A DNA stretch of 31,264 bases from an uncultured Flavobacteriales bacterium (GCA_963991335.1 CAXDQP010000001.1:1-31264); one strand, 5' to 3'; numbered from the stretch's first letter, positions 18,264 to 30,230 are shown. The notes: generated by a model from the sequence alone, not told the origin. A program made the numbers and translations.

Positions 18264-19646
18264 TCAGAAAAGCTTGCCATGCAAGTCGCTTACTTGCCGG
18301 ATGCCAATCAGCTCCATGCTGCCCGTTTTGGGCATCTCCAAGTTGCGCGCATGCCCGCTGTAAAACATCCGCTTCATGCCCAAGCGGGAAGCCTCTGCCA
18401 TGCGTTGATTCATTCGAGGCACAGGGCGTATCTCTCCTGTCAATCCCACTTCACCTGCAAACACCGTTCCGTATGGCAGTGGAACATCTAACACGCTGCT
18501 CAAAATGGCTGCTACCACTGCGAGATCCAACGCGGGATCTTGAATGCGCAATCCCCCAGCCATATTCAAAAAAACGTCCTGTGTGCCCAATTTGAATCCG
18601 CAGCGCTTTTCAAGCACAGCCAAGAGCATATTGAGCCGGCGCAGGTCAAAGCCCGTGCCCGAACGCTGCGGTGTGCCATAAACAGCCGAACTGACGAGCG
18701 CCTGGACTTCAACCAACATTGGACGAGCGCCCTCCATCGCAGCTGAAATAGCTGTTCCGCTCAGTGAATCCTCGTCAGAGCTTTGGCCCAGCAATGCATT
18801 CGAAGGATGATCGACTGGAATCAACCCCGATCCTCGCATTTCATACAATCCAAGCTCAGCGGTTGTCCCAAATCGATTTTTCGCAGCGCGCAACATGCGG
18901 TAAGCATGGTGACGTTCTCCTTCGAATTGAAGCACGACATCCACCATATGCTCCAACACCTTGGGACCTGCGAGGGATCCTTCCTTCGTAATGTGGCCAA
19001 TGAAAAAGACTGGAACATTGTGCTGCTTGGCGAAGCGGGTGAACGCTCCAGACGCCTCTCGTATTTGCGAAACAGATCCCGGCGCCGAGTCCACTTCGGG
19101 AAGGAACATCGTTTGAATGGAATCAATGATCACAACGCTGGGTCGATTGGCCTCCAATTCCCGCAACACCGCTTGCGCGTCCGTTTCTGGAAAAACAAAA
19201 AGTGCCGGTGGCACATCGCCCAAGCGTTCTGCGCGCATGCGCACTTGCTCCGGACTTTCTTCACCAGCCACGTAAAGGATGCGGTCTGAATTCTTCGCCA
19301 TCGCCAGCACCGACTGAAGCATAAGCGTAGACTTGCCAATGCCCGGTTCACCTCCCAACAACACCACCGCTCCCGGCACCACCCCTTTTCCGAGTACGCG
19401 ATCGAGTTCTGGATCACCGGTGGACATCCGGTCCATTTCCAGCACTTTGACATCCGCCAAAGGTTTGGCTTGCACCGGCTGCAGGCCTTTCCCTGCTGAT
19501 TGTACTGCCCGTTGACCGGGCGTCGATGCTTTGACCGTAAACGCCTCCAACGTATTCCAAGCTTTACAGCCCGGACACTGGCCTACCCATTGCAGGGATT
19601 CATGCCCACAAGAAGTGCAGACGTAGTGCGTCTTAGATTTGGCCAA
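18264..19646 (-). CDS. radA: DNA repair protein RadA/Sms
   Basis: C4 zinc finger (CTSC..CPGC), Walker A GGEPGIGKST, KNRFG motif, Lon-like C-terminal domain; TTG start. Confidence 0.96.
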   Translation of the reverse strand: MAKSKTHYVCTSCGHESLQWVGQCPGCKAWNTLEAFTVKASTPGQRAVQSAGKGLQPVQAKPLADVKVLEMDRMSTGDPELDRVLGKGVVPGAVVLLGGEPGIGKSTLMLQSVLAMAKNSDRILYVAGEESPEQVRMRAERLGDVPPALFVFPETDAQAVLRELEANRPSVVIIDSIQTMFLPEVDSAPGSVSQIREASGAFTRFAKQHNVPVFFIGHITKEGSLAGPKVLEHMVDVVLQFEGERHHAYRMLRAAKNRFGTTAELGLYEMRGSGLIPVDHPSNALLGQSSDEDSLSGTAISAAMEGARPMLVEVQALVSSAVYGTPQRSGTGFDLRRLNMLLAVLEKRCGFKLGTQDVFLNMAGGLRIQDPALDLAVVAAILSSVLDVPLPYGTVFAGEVGLTGEIRPVPRMNQRMAEASRLGMKRMFYSGHARNLEMPKTGSMELIGIRQVSDLHGKLF

Positions 19647-19670
19647 TTTCGTTGGATTGCAAGCCTTTGG

Positions 19671-22600
19671 TCAGTCGCGTAAGATGGTCACTGCGCCTGA
19701 GTATTCGAATCCATTTGGCAACAACATGGTGTACCAGTAGGTTCCCGTCTCATCGTTGTTCGGCCGCCATGCATCTTCGTTGTCATATGCATTGCTCGAA
19801 TAAACGACTTGACCCCAACGGTTGTAAATGCGCATGTAGACATCCTCATAAACTTCCAGCCCTTCGATGTAGAAACTCTCATTCATGTCATCACCATAAT
19901 CCGGGGTAAAGACATTGGGAATTTTAAGCTCACAATAATCAACGAGTACTTCCCACTCCTGGCGAATCCCTCCAACCGCACACGGATTGATGGCAGATCC
20001 CACTAGCGTGATGCCATATTCCCAGCAATTCTGATTCAACATCGAACTCACTACTGTCATTGCATCCTGCGGATCACCAAAGTAGATGGTTGTGTCTGGG
20101 CATTCAACCCACCATTCGTATTCTCCCGCACCATCTTGCCATGCAGTCCCGTTCCATGTTTGAGCGCTCAAATCGAAATCGTACTCAACTTCTGGGCACA
20201 TGGTCAAAAATTCGACGTCCTCCAGAATTGGTTCTGCCTCAATCGTAGGCGGCAATCCAATGTACAGATACGTGCAAACCGTATTGGTTTCACATCCATA
20301 GGGGTCTGTGTAGTCCAGGCAAATCTCCGTCCCGTCGTAAACGCTTCCATCAAGCACCTCCCAGTTGGTGTCGGTCGATCCGTCAGGCCATTCGACGGTG
20401 TAGCCATCCGGCAAATCCGGAACCACTGCTGCCTTTCCATCACCAATGCAATCATCTGTAATGCTTTCCAATTGTTGTGGAATTTCACCCACAATGGTAA
20501 TCAAAGCACACGCCTCGCCCTGTCCGCATTGGTTGCTGACCTCCACGCAGAATTCACCTGTGGAAACAGCGGTGTATTCCTCGGCAATTTCGCCTGGAAT
20601 CAAATCCCCATCGATGTACCATTCAAACTCCAGGTCAGGCGTGTCAGGGCTTGTTGGATCCAGGTAGACTTCGCCTCCGTCGCACAAACTCTCATCCTCC
20701 AATTCCGGTTCTGGCGTATACTGCGAATTAAGCGGCAAGGAGGCCGAGGCGGTTCCACACCCGTTGGTGACCACTACCGAGGCATTGTAGGTGGTTGTGT
20801 TTGAAAACGAAAACTCATTTTCAAAGACATCATCATCACCAGGTGCTGACCAATTCAGGTCGGCAGTGCCTCCAATATCAACGACGTCGGCAAAGACAGT
20901 GGTTGCCTCTCCGTTGCAAAGCACATCATTGGCGGTCGTCAATGTCACTGAAGGCTCTTCCGTGATTTCAACGTCATAGCAATAATCCTGTTCGCATGCC
21001 TCTTCCGTAAAACAGATCTCGTACAAACCGTAGCCTGTCGGGTAGAAGTCTGTGTCGAATTCCAAGGGGCTGGAAAAAGACCACGGCTCAGGACCAGCAA
21101 GGCAATCCCAAGATCCGATGGCCGGAGATGCCTCGCAATCGGCTTCAACGGAAAGAATGGTTCCAGGAGTAAGCTCGTTCAATTCTATCCCATTCTCATA
21201 CCCACAATTGTATACCGTAACCGAAAGAACATCCGAATCAATGCTCGCGTCTTCGTAGAAATTCAGTTCGATGTCATCCCCTGCAGCGATGTCGAAGTCA
21301 AACTGCGTAAACCCAGAAGATGACGTCAAAATGTAGCTATCAGTGCCGTTGATCACCACTTCCAAATAGCTTCCTCCCCAACCCGAATCCTCGTTGGAGC
21401 TCATGTATACGTAAAATGCTCCTTCCTCGGGACTGGAATATCCCCCTTCAAAAGAAACGGCATCTGGAATGCCATCGCAGTATGGATCCACCGTTACCTC
21501 AGGAATGTATGACCCAATCGTTTCAATAATGAATACGCGTTGCCCTTGGCATCCATCCTCGTCTGTCACGAGCAACCGATAAACCCCAGCGGTCAGCTCT
21601 GCGCCAGCATCACCGACCGTGCCCACTACTTCCCCTCCAAGACCGTTCCAATCGCCTTCCCATTCATAAATGTCATAGCCCAACTGCTCGAGCGAATCCA
21701 CAACTGCAACGGTTGTTTGTCCTGGGCAAACCGCTGGAGGATCCACTTCAATGTCCGGCAAGAAATAAGGACTCTGGTCCACGTAGAAAATTTCTTCAAC
21801 TGTGCATTGATCCAAATAGCCCGTTACAAAAAACGTGCCTCCGAACGTATAAGTGTTGGTATTGCCGACGGTTCCGTTGGACCAAATGATCTCATCGAAT
21901 GCACCCGAAGCCGTTATTTCAACTTCTCCCCCGGCACAAATGGCTGTATTGCCCTCCAAAGTAAGCTCTGGCAATTCGATGTTGAGGACCTCGATCACAA
22001 CTGTAAGTCCGGTCACACCCGTAGGTGTTCCGTCATCGGTTGCTGTAATCGTAATCTCATTGATTCCCACATTTTCAGGAAGCGCGGTGAAAAGTCCGGT
22101 AATATTCGCCGTTTCGCCATCGGTCAATTCATACTCCCATCCCACCAAGTCATTGGTTTCAACGGTGATGGTTTGGTTGGGCTCTGGGCCCAAAAAGCTC
22201 ATGTTGATGTCGTAGGTATTCCCCAGACACATGTAAAGCGTGTCGCACCCCAAACTCCCTGTTGGAAACGGATTGATATTTTCGCTGTCCTCCGAAGCAT
22301 CCATGTTGAAGATGCGGTAATCCAACCAGTTCACCCCGTCGTCGTTTCCATCGCCGGTGCCTTGAGGACCGTTGTAGGTATCATCGAGCGTGTTGAATCG
22401 ACCAAACTGGAGATACGGTCCATAATCCGGCGCTGCATCCATCCCTACCGTGGCAGGGCTGTCGCCGCAACACCCTCCTGAACCTCCAACATCACCATGT
22501 GCCCAATTCATGTCGAGGTAACACATTTGTGTGTTAGCACCGTCCGGCAATGCGTTGGAATCATCGCTTGTGATGACAATCTGGTAAGAGTTGAGCAAAT

Positions 22601-23303
22601 CCGTGTTGTCCGCGTAATAGCCTACATCTACGAAATTGATGTACACCTCTTCCTGTGTGACTTTGTAATAAATCTCACCCGAAGTCGTGTAGTCAGAATC
22701 TGCCCAAAATCCTGCGATCTGCGCCACCTCGTCCGTTGTGACGGGGAATTCCTCCGGCGTCCAGTCAATCGTGTAGCCATCGAAGGAAACCGATCCTTTG
22801 GAGTTCAGGTAGAAGCTTTCATACACGATGCCGTACAACTCAAAGTCAAAGTCAATCTGAATCGGCGGTGTCGAAAAGTCCACATACTCGCCAGCACCGG
22901 CGGTGTAGTACATATCGTCTACCGTAATTTGAGTGTACGAAGCATCAGGCTCAATCCAGCAGTCACAACCTCCTGTTTGCTGCATCCGTGCTTGCTTGCG
23001 ATCTTCAATTTCGTCGGCATGATCAATTTTCCATTGATCCTTCCTTTCCTTTAAAATCTGACGCGCCTTTTCCTTGTCCCAACTATCAGAGGCCCGCATC
23101 ACAATGTGCTCATCACGCGTCATATTCAATACAGCACCTTTAAAGGAACCGTAACGTTCAAGAATGTCCTCCACCGTGGTCATTGACGGTTGCTCATATG
23201 CATCAACACCCATGGAATAATCCACCCCATCCGCGACCAAATTCTGGCCAAAAGTGGTCAAAGAAACCAAGCAAGCGGTGAGCGCAAAACAGAATTGCTT
23301 CAT
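19671..23303 (-). CDS. 1210-aa secreted surface protein with nidogen-like N-domain, Cys-containing Ig-like repeats and a gliding-motility/T9SS type-B (CHU_C) C-terminal domain
   Basis: Sec signal peptide; FDFELYG..YLNSKGSVSF..IAGFWADSD (NIDO-like); repeated xxC(x)G modules; C-terminal IPNVFTP..G.D.N..F.I..IYNRWGQVVY..GTYWY..G.VTILR. Confidence 0.85.
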   Translation of the reverse strand: MKQFCFALTACLVSLTTFGQNLVADGVDYSMGVDAYEQPSMTTVEDILERYGSFKGAVLNMTRDEHIVMRASDSWDKEKARQILKERKDQWKIDHADEIEDRKQARMQQTGGCDCWIEPDASYTQITVDDMYYTAGAGEYVDFSTPPIQIDFDFELYGIVYESFYLNSKGSVSFDGYTIDWTPEEFPVTTDEVAQIAGFWADSDYTTSGEIYYKVTQEEVYINFVDVGYYADNTDLLNSYQIVITSDDSNALPDGANTQMCYLDMNWAHGDVGGSGGCCGDSPATVGMDAAPDYGPYLQFGRFNTLDDTYNGPQGTGDGNDDGVNWLDYRIFNMDASEDSENINPFPTGSLGCDTLYMCLGNTYDINMSFLGPEPNQTITVETNDLVGWEYELTDGETANITGLFTALPENVGINEITITATDDGTPTGVTGLTVVIEVLNIELPELTLEGNTAICAGGEVEITASGAFDEIIWSNGTVGNTNTYTFGGTFFVTGYLDQCTVEEIFYVDQSPYFLPDIEVDPPAVCPGQTTVAVVDSLEQLGYDIYEWEGDWNGLGGEVVGTVGDAGAELTAGVYRLLVTDEDGCQGQRVFIIETIGSYIPEVTVDPYCDGIPDAVSFEGGYSSPEEGAFYVYMSSNEDSGWGGSYLEVVINGTDSYILTSSSGFTQFDFDIAAGDDIELNFYEDASIDSDVLSVTVYNCGYENGIELNELTPGTILSVEADCEASPAIGSWDCLAGPEPWSFSSPLEFDTDFYPTGYGLYEICFTEEACEQDYCYDVEITEEPSVTLTTANDVLCNGEATTVFADVVDIGGTADLNWSAPGDDDVFENEFSFSNTTTYNASVVVTNGCGTASASLPLNSQYTPEPELEDESLCDGGEVYLDPTSPDTPDLEFEWYIDGDLIPGEIAEEYTAVSTGEFCVEVSNQCGQGEACALITIVGEIPQQLESITDDCIGDGKAAVVPDLPDGYTVEWPDGSTDTNWEVLDGSVYDGTEICLDYTDPYGCETNTVCTYLYIGLPPTIEAEPILEDVEFLTMCPEVEYDFDLSAQTWNGTAWQDGAGEYEWWVECPDTTIYFGDPQDAMTVVSSMLNQNCWEYGITLVGSAINPCAVGGIRQEWEVLVDYCELKIPNVFTPDYGDDMNESFYIEGLEVYEDVYMRIYNRWGQVVYSSNAYDNEDAWRPNNDETGTYWYTMLLPNGFEYSGAVTILRD

Positions 23304-23391
23304 GTAAACAGGTTTTCGTAATCAGAACAACAAAAATGCTAAAAGCGTTGCGTTTTCAACAAATTCGCGTTCAGGAAGTTTGTAAATATAG

Positions 23392-25260
<1,869 letters not shown>

Positions 25261-25269
<9 letters not shown>

Positions 25270-26331
25270 TCCTTCTTTGGGCTGTGGATCAGCGGCAGCA
25301 TTCTTGTTGGCCAACTGTCCGCACGCAGCGTCAATGTCTTTTCCGCGGGACCGACGAACATTAACGATGATGTTCTGCGATTCCAACAGCTCCACAAACG
25401 CATCGACGCGCTCGGTACTAGCCATTTCAAACTCGCCGTCATCAATGGGGTTGTACTCGATAACGTTCACTTTGCACGGGACGTGTTCGCAGAATGCGGC
25501 CAATTCTCGGGCATCCTCCAAGTCGTCGTTGAAGTCCTTGAAAATGATGTATTCGTAGGTCACTCGGGTCCCGGTCCGCTCGTAGAAATACTTCAACGCT
25601 TCCGCAAGTGCCTCCAAATTATTGGACTCATTGATGGCCATGATGCGATTGCGTTTTTCGTCATTGGCTGCATGCAATGAAAGCGCCAAATTAAACCGCA
25701 CATCATCGTCGCCCAATCGTTTGATTGCCTTCGCGATTCCCGCCGTGCTCACTGTAATGCGCTTCGGCGACATGCCCAATCCGGGTTCGCCACAAATGCG
25801 ATCAATCGACTCCAATACTGCACTGTAATTCAATAACGGCTCCCCCATTCCCATGTATACGATGTTGCTGAGGTTCTTGTCATAGTGCCGATCTGCCAGC
25901 CCTCGAATCATCTCGACTTGGTCGTAAATTTCAGCAGCGCTCAGGTTCTTCAACAACTTCAGCTTTCCGGTTGCACAGAACTTGCACGCAAGGCTGCACC
26001 CAACTTGGGAGGAAATGCAAGCGGTCATTCTTTTCGATGTGGGGATGAGCACGCCCTCCACTACTTGGCCGGCTCGAACGTCAAACGCGCATTTGATGGT
26101 GCCGTCCCGGCTGATCTGTTGGTCTGAGAGGCCAATGCGATTCAATTCGAACTCCTCTTCCAATTTGGCCCGAAAACCTTTGGATAAATTGCTCATCTCC
26201 TCAAAGGACCCGGCAGACTTCGTCCAAATCCACTCCGCTAATTGCTTGGTACGAAAGGGTTTTTCTCCCATTGCGACCACCGCATCCTTTAATTGCTCTT
26301 GGCTCAATTGCCTGATGTCACGCCGTTTCAT
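25261..26331 (-). CDS. rlmN: 23S rRNA m2A2503 / tRNA m2A37 radical-SAM methyltransferase
   Basis: [15 protein letters not shown] (CxxxCxxC), [18 protein letters not shown] and [17 protein letters not shown]26331 is preferred because the ORF-track TTG26340 lies inside the promoter box. Confidence 0.96.
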
Positions 26332-26337
26332 GTGGGA

Positions 26338-26345
26338 CAAAGATA
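26338..26345 (-). promoter_or_regulatory. -7 promoter element (TATCTTTG) for rlmN
   Basis: Exact TAnnTTTG match 6 nt upstream of ATG26331. Confidence 0.65.
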
Positions 26346-26361
26346 GCCCTCTCCGGCAGCG

Positions 26362-27165
26362 TTACGGCTTTTCAAACGCTCCTTGGTCTTCCGCCGCAAG
26401 ATTCCTCTCCGGTTCGGGTGCTTCATTCACCATCAATTGAATCAATTCTTGGCGCACTTCTTCTCGTTTTCGAACCGCCACGGGCACCTCCTTGCCATTC
26501 GGCAGCTGCAGTACACCTCTTCGGTGATTGAACGTCTGAACGGAGGCAAGCCGAACCAAAAATGAATTGTGAACCCGCTTAAAAAGTGGGTCTTGGAGCA
26601 TCTCTGCAATGCGTTTCAGGTTTTTGGACACGGTGATGCGCTTGCCTGTTTCCAAGTAAAGGGTTGAATAACTCCCGGATGCCTCTACATATAGGATGTC
26701 TGCATGGCGCACAAAATGGCGCTGTCCCGAAGTAATCAATTCCACCCGTCGCCCGCCCGGTTTTGGCGTCTCCTCTTCCGGTTGCACGCGCAATTTGTGG
26801 GTAATCTGCTTTGCACATGCAATCAAATCTTTCCCGTCAACAGGTTTCAGTAGATAATCAAATGCGCGCTTTCGCAGCGCCTCAACAGCGTATTCATGGT
26901 AAGTAGTGCAGAAGACAACGTAAAACGACCGATCCTTGAAACGGTCTAGCAACTCCAATCCCGACTCGTGGGGCATCTGGATATCCAAGAACACCACTTC
27001 AGGAGCCAAATCTCGGATCAATTGGTACGCCTCAGCGGCGCTGCTTGCTGTTTGGACAATTTGAAAATGGGGACAGTACTTCTCGATTTGACGGCAAATG
27101 GCCTGGCGAGCGGGCATTTCATCATCGACAACGAGGCATCGGATCGGTTGACTATTCTGATTCAT
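26362..27165 (-). CDS. LytR/AlgR-family response regulator (REC + LytTR)
   Basis: VVDDE, FLDIQMP (phospho-acceptor Asp), AFDYLLKP, DILYVEASGSYS and FKRVHNSFLV. Confidence 0.92.
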   Translation of the reverse strand: MNQNSQPIRCLVVDDEMPARQAICRQIEKYCPHFQIVQTASSAAEAYQLIRDLAPEVVFLDIQMPHESGLELLDRFKDRSFYVVFCTTYHEYAVEALRKRAFDYLLKPVDGKDLIACAKQITHKLRVQPEEETPKPGGRRVELITSGQRHFVRHADILYVEASGSYSTLYLETGKRITVSKNLKRIAEMLQDPLFKRVHNSFLVRLASVQTFNHRRGVLQLPNGKEVPVAVRKREEVRQELIQLMVNEAPEPERNLAAEDQGAFEKP

Positions 27166-27238
27166 TTGAATGTGTTTTCGTTACAAATGAAACATGCAAA
27201 GCAGCAAAGTGAATCGTAAGGTTTACACATGACCATTG

Positions 27239-27246
27239 CGAATTTA
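27239..27246 (-). promoter_or_regulatory. Possible -7 element (TAAATTCG) for the LytTR regulator
   Basis: TAnnTTCG variant in the intergenic gap, 73 nt upstream of ATG27165. Confidence 0.35.
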
Positions 27247-27263
27247 CAGCTGGGTCATAACGG

Positions 27264-28421
27264 TCACTCTCCCAGCAATCGAAGGCCCATGTCCAGCACC
27301 CGCTCAATGTCAGAGGGAAGTGCGCTCGTCTTTCGTTTGTCTTTCTTGTAGCCCGTTCGCACGACAACCAAATCGTATGCCGGCACGGCAATAATCATTT
27401 GACCCCGCAACCCTTCCATGCAGCTAAATGGCTCCCCGGCCTGCGTTTCTCCTAACCAAATTTGATACCCATAGTGAGATGCATCGCATTCGTCGGTCAT
27501 GGCCGAAATCGGGGTTACCATCGCTGCCATGTACGTCGTGTCAATCAGCTGCTTGCCATCCCAATTTCCTTCGTGGTTCATCAGCTTTCCAAACCGAGCA
27601 AAATCACGCGATGTCGCGTAATACGCGGCAAAACAGCGTTCAATTCCACCTTCTTCATCCGGAGCGTCCAAACCCCAAAACGCGTCGTGCTGAGCGCCCA
27701 TCGGTTCCCACAGCCTTTTTTCAACCCAATCACTCAGTGAACCCTCATTCAACCCTGCCATCAATTCGCCCAGAAGCATCGTATTCCCTCCCTCGTATTT
27801 CCACTTCGCTCCCGGCACCTCGGGCACCCGAAAAGGTTCAAGCAATTGTTGAATGCCTTCGCGGTAATAGGCCTTGGCCATGAACCCAAAGGGGTTGGCG
27901 TAATCCTCTCCAAATGGAATGTGCGATCGCATTTGCAACACTTCTTGCACGGTCAATCCTTTTCCCCCATCGCCAGCAAAGCGAGGCAGGTAAGCTGCCA
28001 ATTCATCTTGAACCCGCACTTTGCCATCGGACACGGCTAAGCCAATCGCCAACGCAACAATCGATTTGCAGGCGGAAAAAGAGTTGGTTACTGTGGTGTG
28101 GTCGTGGCCTTGCCAGTACCGCTCAAAAATCAAGGTGTCGCCATGCAAGACCAAAAAACTAGCCGACAGGTACTCCTCATGCCAAGCCAATTCTTCTTCG
28201 GTAAAAGCAAGGTTTCCCTCGTTTTTTGCCATCCAAGGGGATGCGCTATTCGCAGCAGAAATGGTCCGCAAATCTCGAAATTCAATGTCGTCAATGTTGG
28301 AATTCTTCCAGCCTCGGAAATACGTTTCGGCAAGTCCCCCCCAGATATAGCCATGGCCCGATACATAACTCAACGCCACCAATGTGAAACTTGAAATGAG
28401 AAGAACCTGTGCTGTTTTCAT
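27264..28421 (-). CDS. Beta-lactamase-fold serine hydrolase (AmpC/NylB-like), N-terminally anchored or exported
   Basis: SxxK as SFSACKS, WKYEGGNT, RDFARFG, YGYQIW and GLRGQ; hydrophobic N-terminus. Confidence 0.85.
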   Translation of the reverse strand: MKTAQVLLISSFTLVALSYVSGHGYIWGGLAETYFRGWKNSNIDDIEFRDLRTISAANSASPWMAKNEGNLAFTEEELAWHEEYLSASFLVLHGDTLIFERYWQGHDHTTVTNSFSACKSIVALAIGLAVSDGKVRVQDELAAYLPRFAGDGGKGLTVQEVLQMRSHIPFGEDYANPFGFMAKAYYREGIQQLLEPFRVPEVPGAKWKYEGGNTMLLGELMAGLNEGSLSDWVEKRLWEPMGAQHDAFWGLDAPDEEGGIERCFAAYYATSRDFARFGKLMNHEGNWDGKQLIDTTYMAAMVTPISAMTDECDASHYGYQIWLGETQAGEPFSCMEGLRGQMIIAVPAYDLVVVRTGYKKDKRKTSALPSDIERVLDMGLRLLGE

Positions 28422-28452
28422 GTCCTGAATTTGGCACGAAGTTCAGACAATT

Positions 28453-29199
28453 TCAACGGTTTTGGTCCGCAGAAGTCAAATTCCAATCAAACAAGTATGT
28501 GAGGTGAGTTTTCAGCCGATTTGCTGCCTCAGCTTCGTCGATTGTGCGGCCCGATTCTTTGGCTAAGGAGGTGACGCCCCGATCGTTGATCCCACATGGA
28601 ACGATCAGGTTGAAGAAATCCAAATCTGTGTTCAGATTGAAGGCAAATCCATGCATGGTAACCCAACGCGAACATTTGACACCCAGAGCGGCAATTTTGC
28701 GTGCTTTCAACCCTTGGTCCGCATCTACCCAAACCCCCGTCAGGCCTTCGATACGGCTCGCTTCCAGCCCATAATCCGCGCAAGTTCGGATGATGGCTTC
28801 CTCCAACATGCGCATGTACTTTCCAATGTCCGTGTAGAATTGATCCAAATCCAAAATAGGATACCCGACCAATTGGCCCGGCCCGTGGTAGGTGATGTCT
28901 CCACCCCGATTGATCGGGAAGTACTCAACTCCGAGGGCTTCTAAACGCTCTTTAGAAACGACCACATTGCCGGGATCGCCCGATTTACCCAAGGTTAAAA
29001 CGTGCGGGTGTTCCACGAAAATCAGATGGTTATCGGGCAAGTCCAATTCGGGATCCTCCGAATCGTCGCGTTCTCCCATTCCCGCTTTTTTACGTGCAAT
29101 CTTTCGTTGCACAATCGCGTGCATCAGGTCTTCCTGTTGCTTCCATACGGGGGCATAAGAAGCCCGGCCCAATGATTGAAAATGAACGCGTGGCTTCAT
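28453..29199 (-). CDS. lipB: Lipoyl(octanoyl) transferase
   Basis: FVEHPHVLTLGK, RGGDITYHGPGQLVGYP, RKIAALG, HGFAFN and IVPCGI. Confidence 0.96.
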   Translation of the reverse strand: MKPRVHFQSLGRASYAPVWKQQEDLMHAIVQRKIARKKAGMGERDDSEDPELDLPDNHLIFVEHPHVLTLGKSGDPGNVVVSKERLEALGVEYFPINRGGDITYHGPGQLVGYPILDLDQFYTDIGKYMRMLEEAIIRTCADYGLEASRIEGLTGVWVDADQGLKARKIAALGVKCSRWVTMHGFAFNLNTDLDFFNLIVPCGINDRGVTSLAKESGRTIDEAEAANRLKTHLTYLFDWNLTSADQNR

Positions 29200-29206
29200 G
29201 CAACGA

Positions 29207-30202
29207 TCAGTTCACTTTGGACAGCTCATCCTTCAAGTGGTCAATGTTCTTGATGTCCACCGGGTCGCAGCCCAATCTTTCTGCCAAGAGCAGACTGAGC
29301 CAATCGCCCAAGTGGATCAAGTCAAAAAAGCGCAGGATTTCATTCGATCCATCCCCTTCAATCACGACCACATCCGCTCCTTGGTCGCGGAAAATCTCCA
29401 TGCACACATCCATTCGGACACGCGTTCGAGGATGGTCTTCCGGGGTTTGAATGATCAGTACCACCTCTTTTTCACCGCCACTTTCCCAGCCCACAAGCTC
29501 ATTGTGATTCATTTCAGGGAAAACGTGGTGGTTGCAAAGGGTCTTGCTGTTTTCGTTCAATTGCTGCCGCCATCGGATGATCAATCCTTCCTGTGCAGCG
29601 TCAGAATACAACATGATGCGTCGTCCTTCTACCACGTCCAGAAGCGCCGAGGCACGCTCAATCGTGTTTTCCTGTATGGCAGACAGGTGCGCGGCAACAT
29701 CACCAAACGCGGAATGCATCTCCTTGGGAACCAGTCCAACGGAGTGCAATACATGCATAACTGAGGTGAAAGCGTACCCAAACTGCGACCGGGGTGGCTG
29801 TCCCCCGGGAAAGCGCACCGATGGCCATCCATTTGCATCGCATCGCTTCCCCAATTCTCCCCCAGATGTGATGGCTGCAATGCGCGCGTTTTTCGCCATA
29901 GCCGCATCAAGCGCCATGAGGGTTTCTTCTGTGTTTCCAGAATAACTGCAAACCAATACGAGGGTTTCCTTTCCGACCCACGCCGGGATGGTGTAATCGG
30001 AATTCGCTTGGATGAAAGCCGAACTCGATCCTGCCAGCATCTTCGACGCGATGGCGCCGCTAATGCCACTTCCTCCCATGCCCAAAATCAATGCACTCGA
30101 TGGCGTCCACCCGTTCCAATCCAATGGGGTTTGTTCGGCAATGTGCCAAGCCTCTTTCATTTGATTCGGAAAACCCGTGATCAATCCTCTCATCTGTTCC
30201 AT
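29207..30202 (-). CDS. Bifunctional phosphoglucose/phosphomannose isomerase (SIS-domain type)
   Basis: ILGMGGSGISG, CSYSGNTEET, PPRS, RWRQQLNENSK and FPEMNHNE. The start is ATG30202; the ORF-track extension to 30436 overlaps the TonB receptor gene. Confidence 0.88.
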   Translation of the reverse strand: MEQMRGLITGFPNQMKEAWHIAEQTPLDWNGWTPSSALILGMGGSGISGAIASKMLAGSSSAFIQANSDYTIPAWVGKETLVLVCSYSGNTEETLMALDAAMAKNARIAAITSGGELGKRCDANGWPSVRFPGGQPPRSQFGYAFTSVMHVLHSVGLVPKEMHSAFGDVAAHLSAIQENTIERASALLDVVEGRRIMLYSDAAQEGLIIRWRQQLNENSKTLCNHHVFPEMNHNELVGWESGGEKEVVLIIQTPEDHPRTRVRMDVCMEIFRDQGADVVVIEGDGSNEILRFFDLIHLGDWLSLLLAERLGCDPVDIKNIDHLKDELSKVN

Positions 30203-30230
30203 TTCGCAGCGTCTTTTATAAAAATCAGGG

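Noticed and set aside
27264-28421. Antibiotic-resistance beta-lactamase
   Set aside because: Only the fold-level SxxK motif is shared. The other motifs fit the widespread NylB/esterase-like serine hydrolases rather than a class C enzyme.
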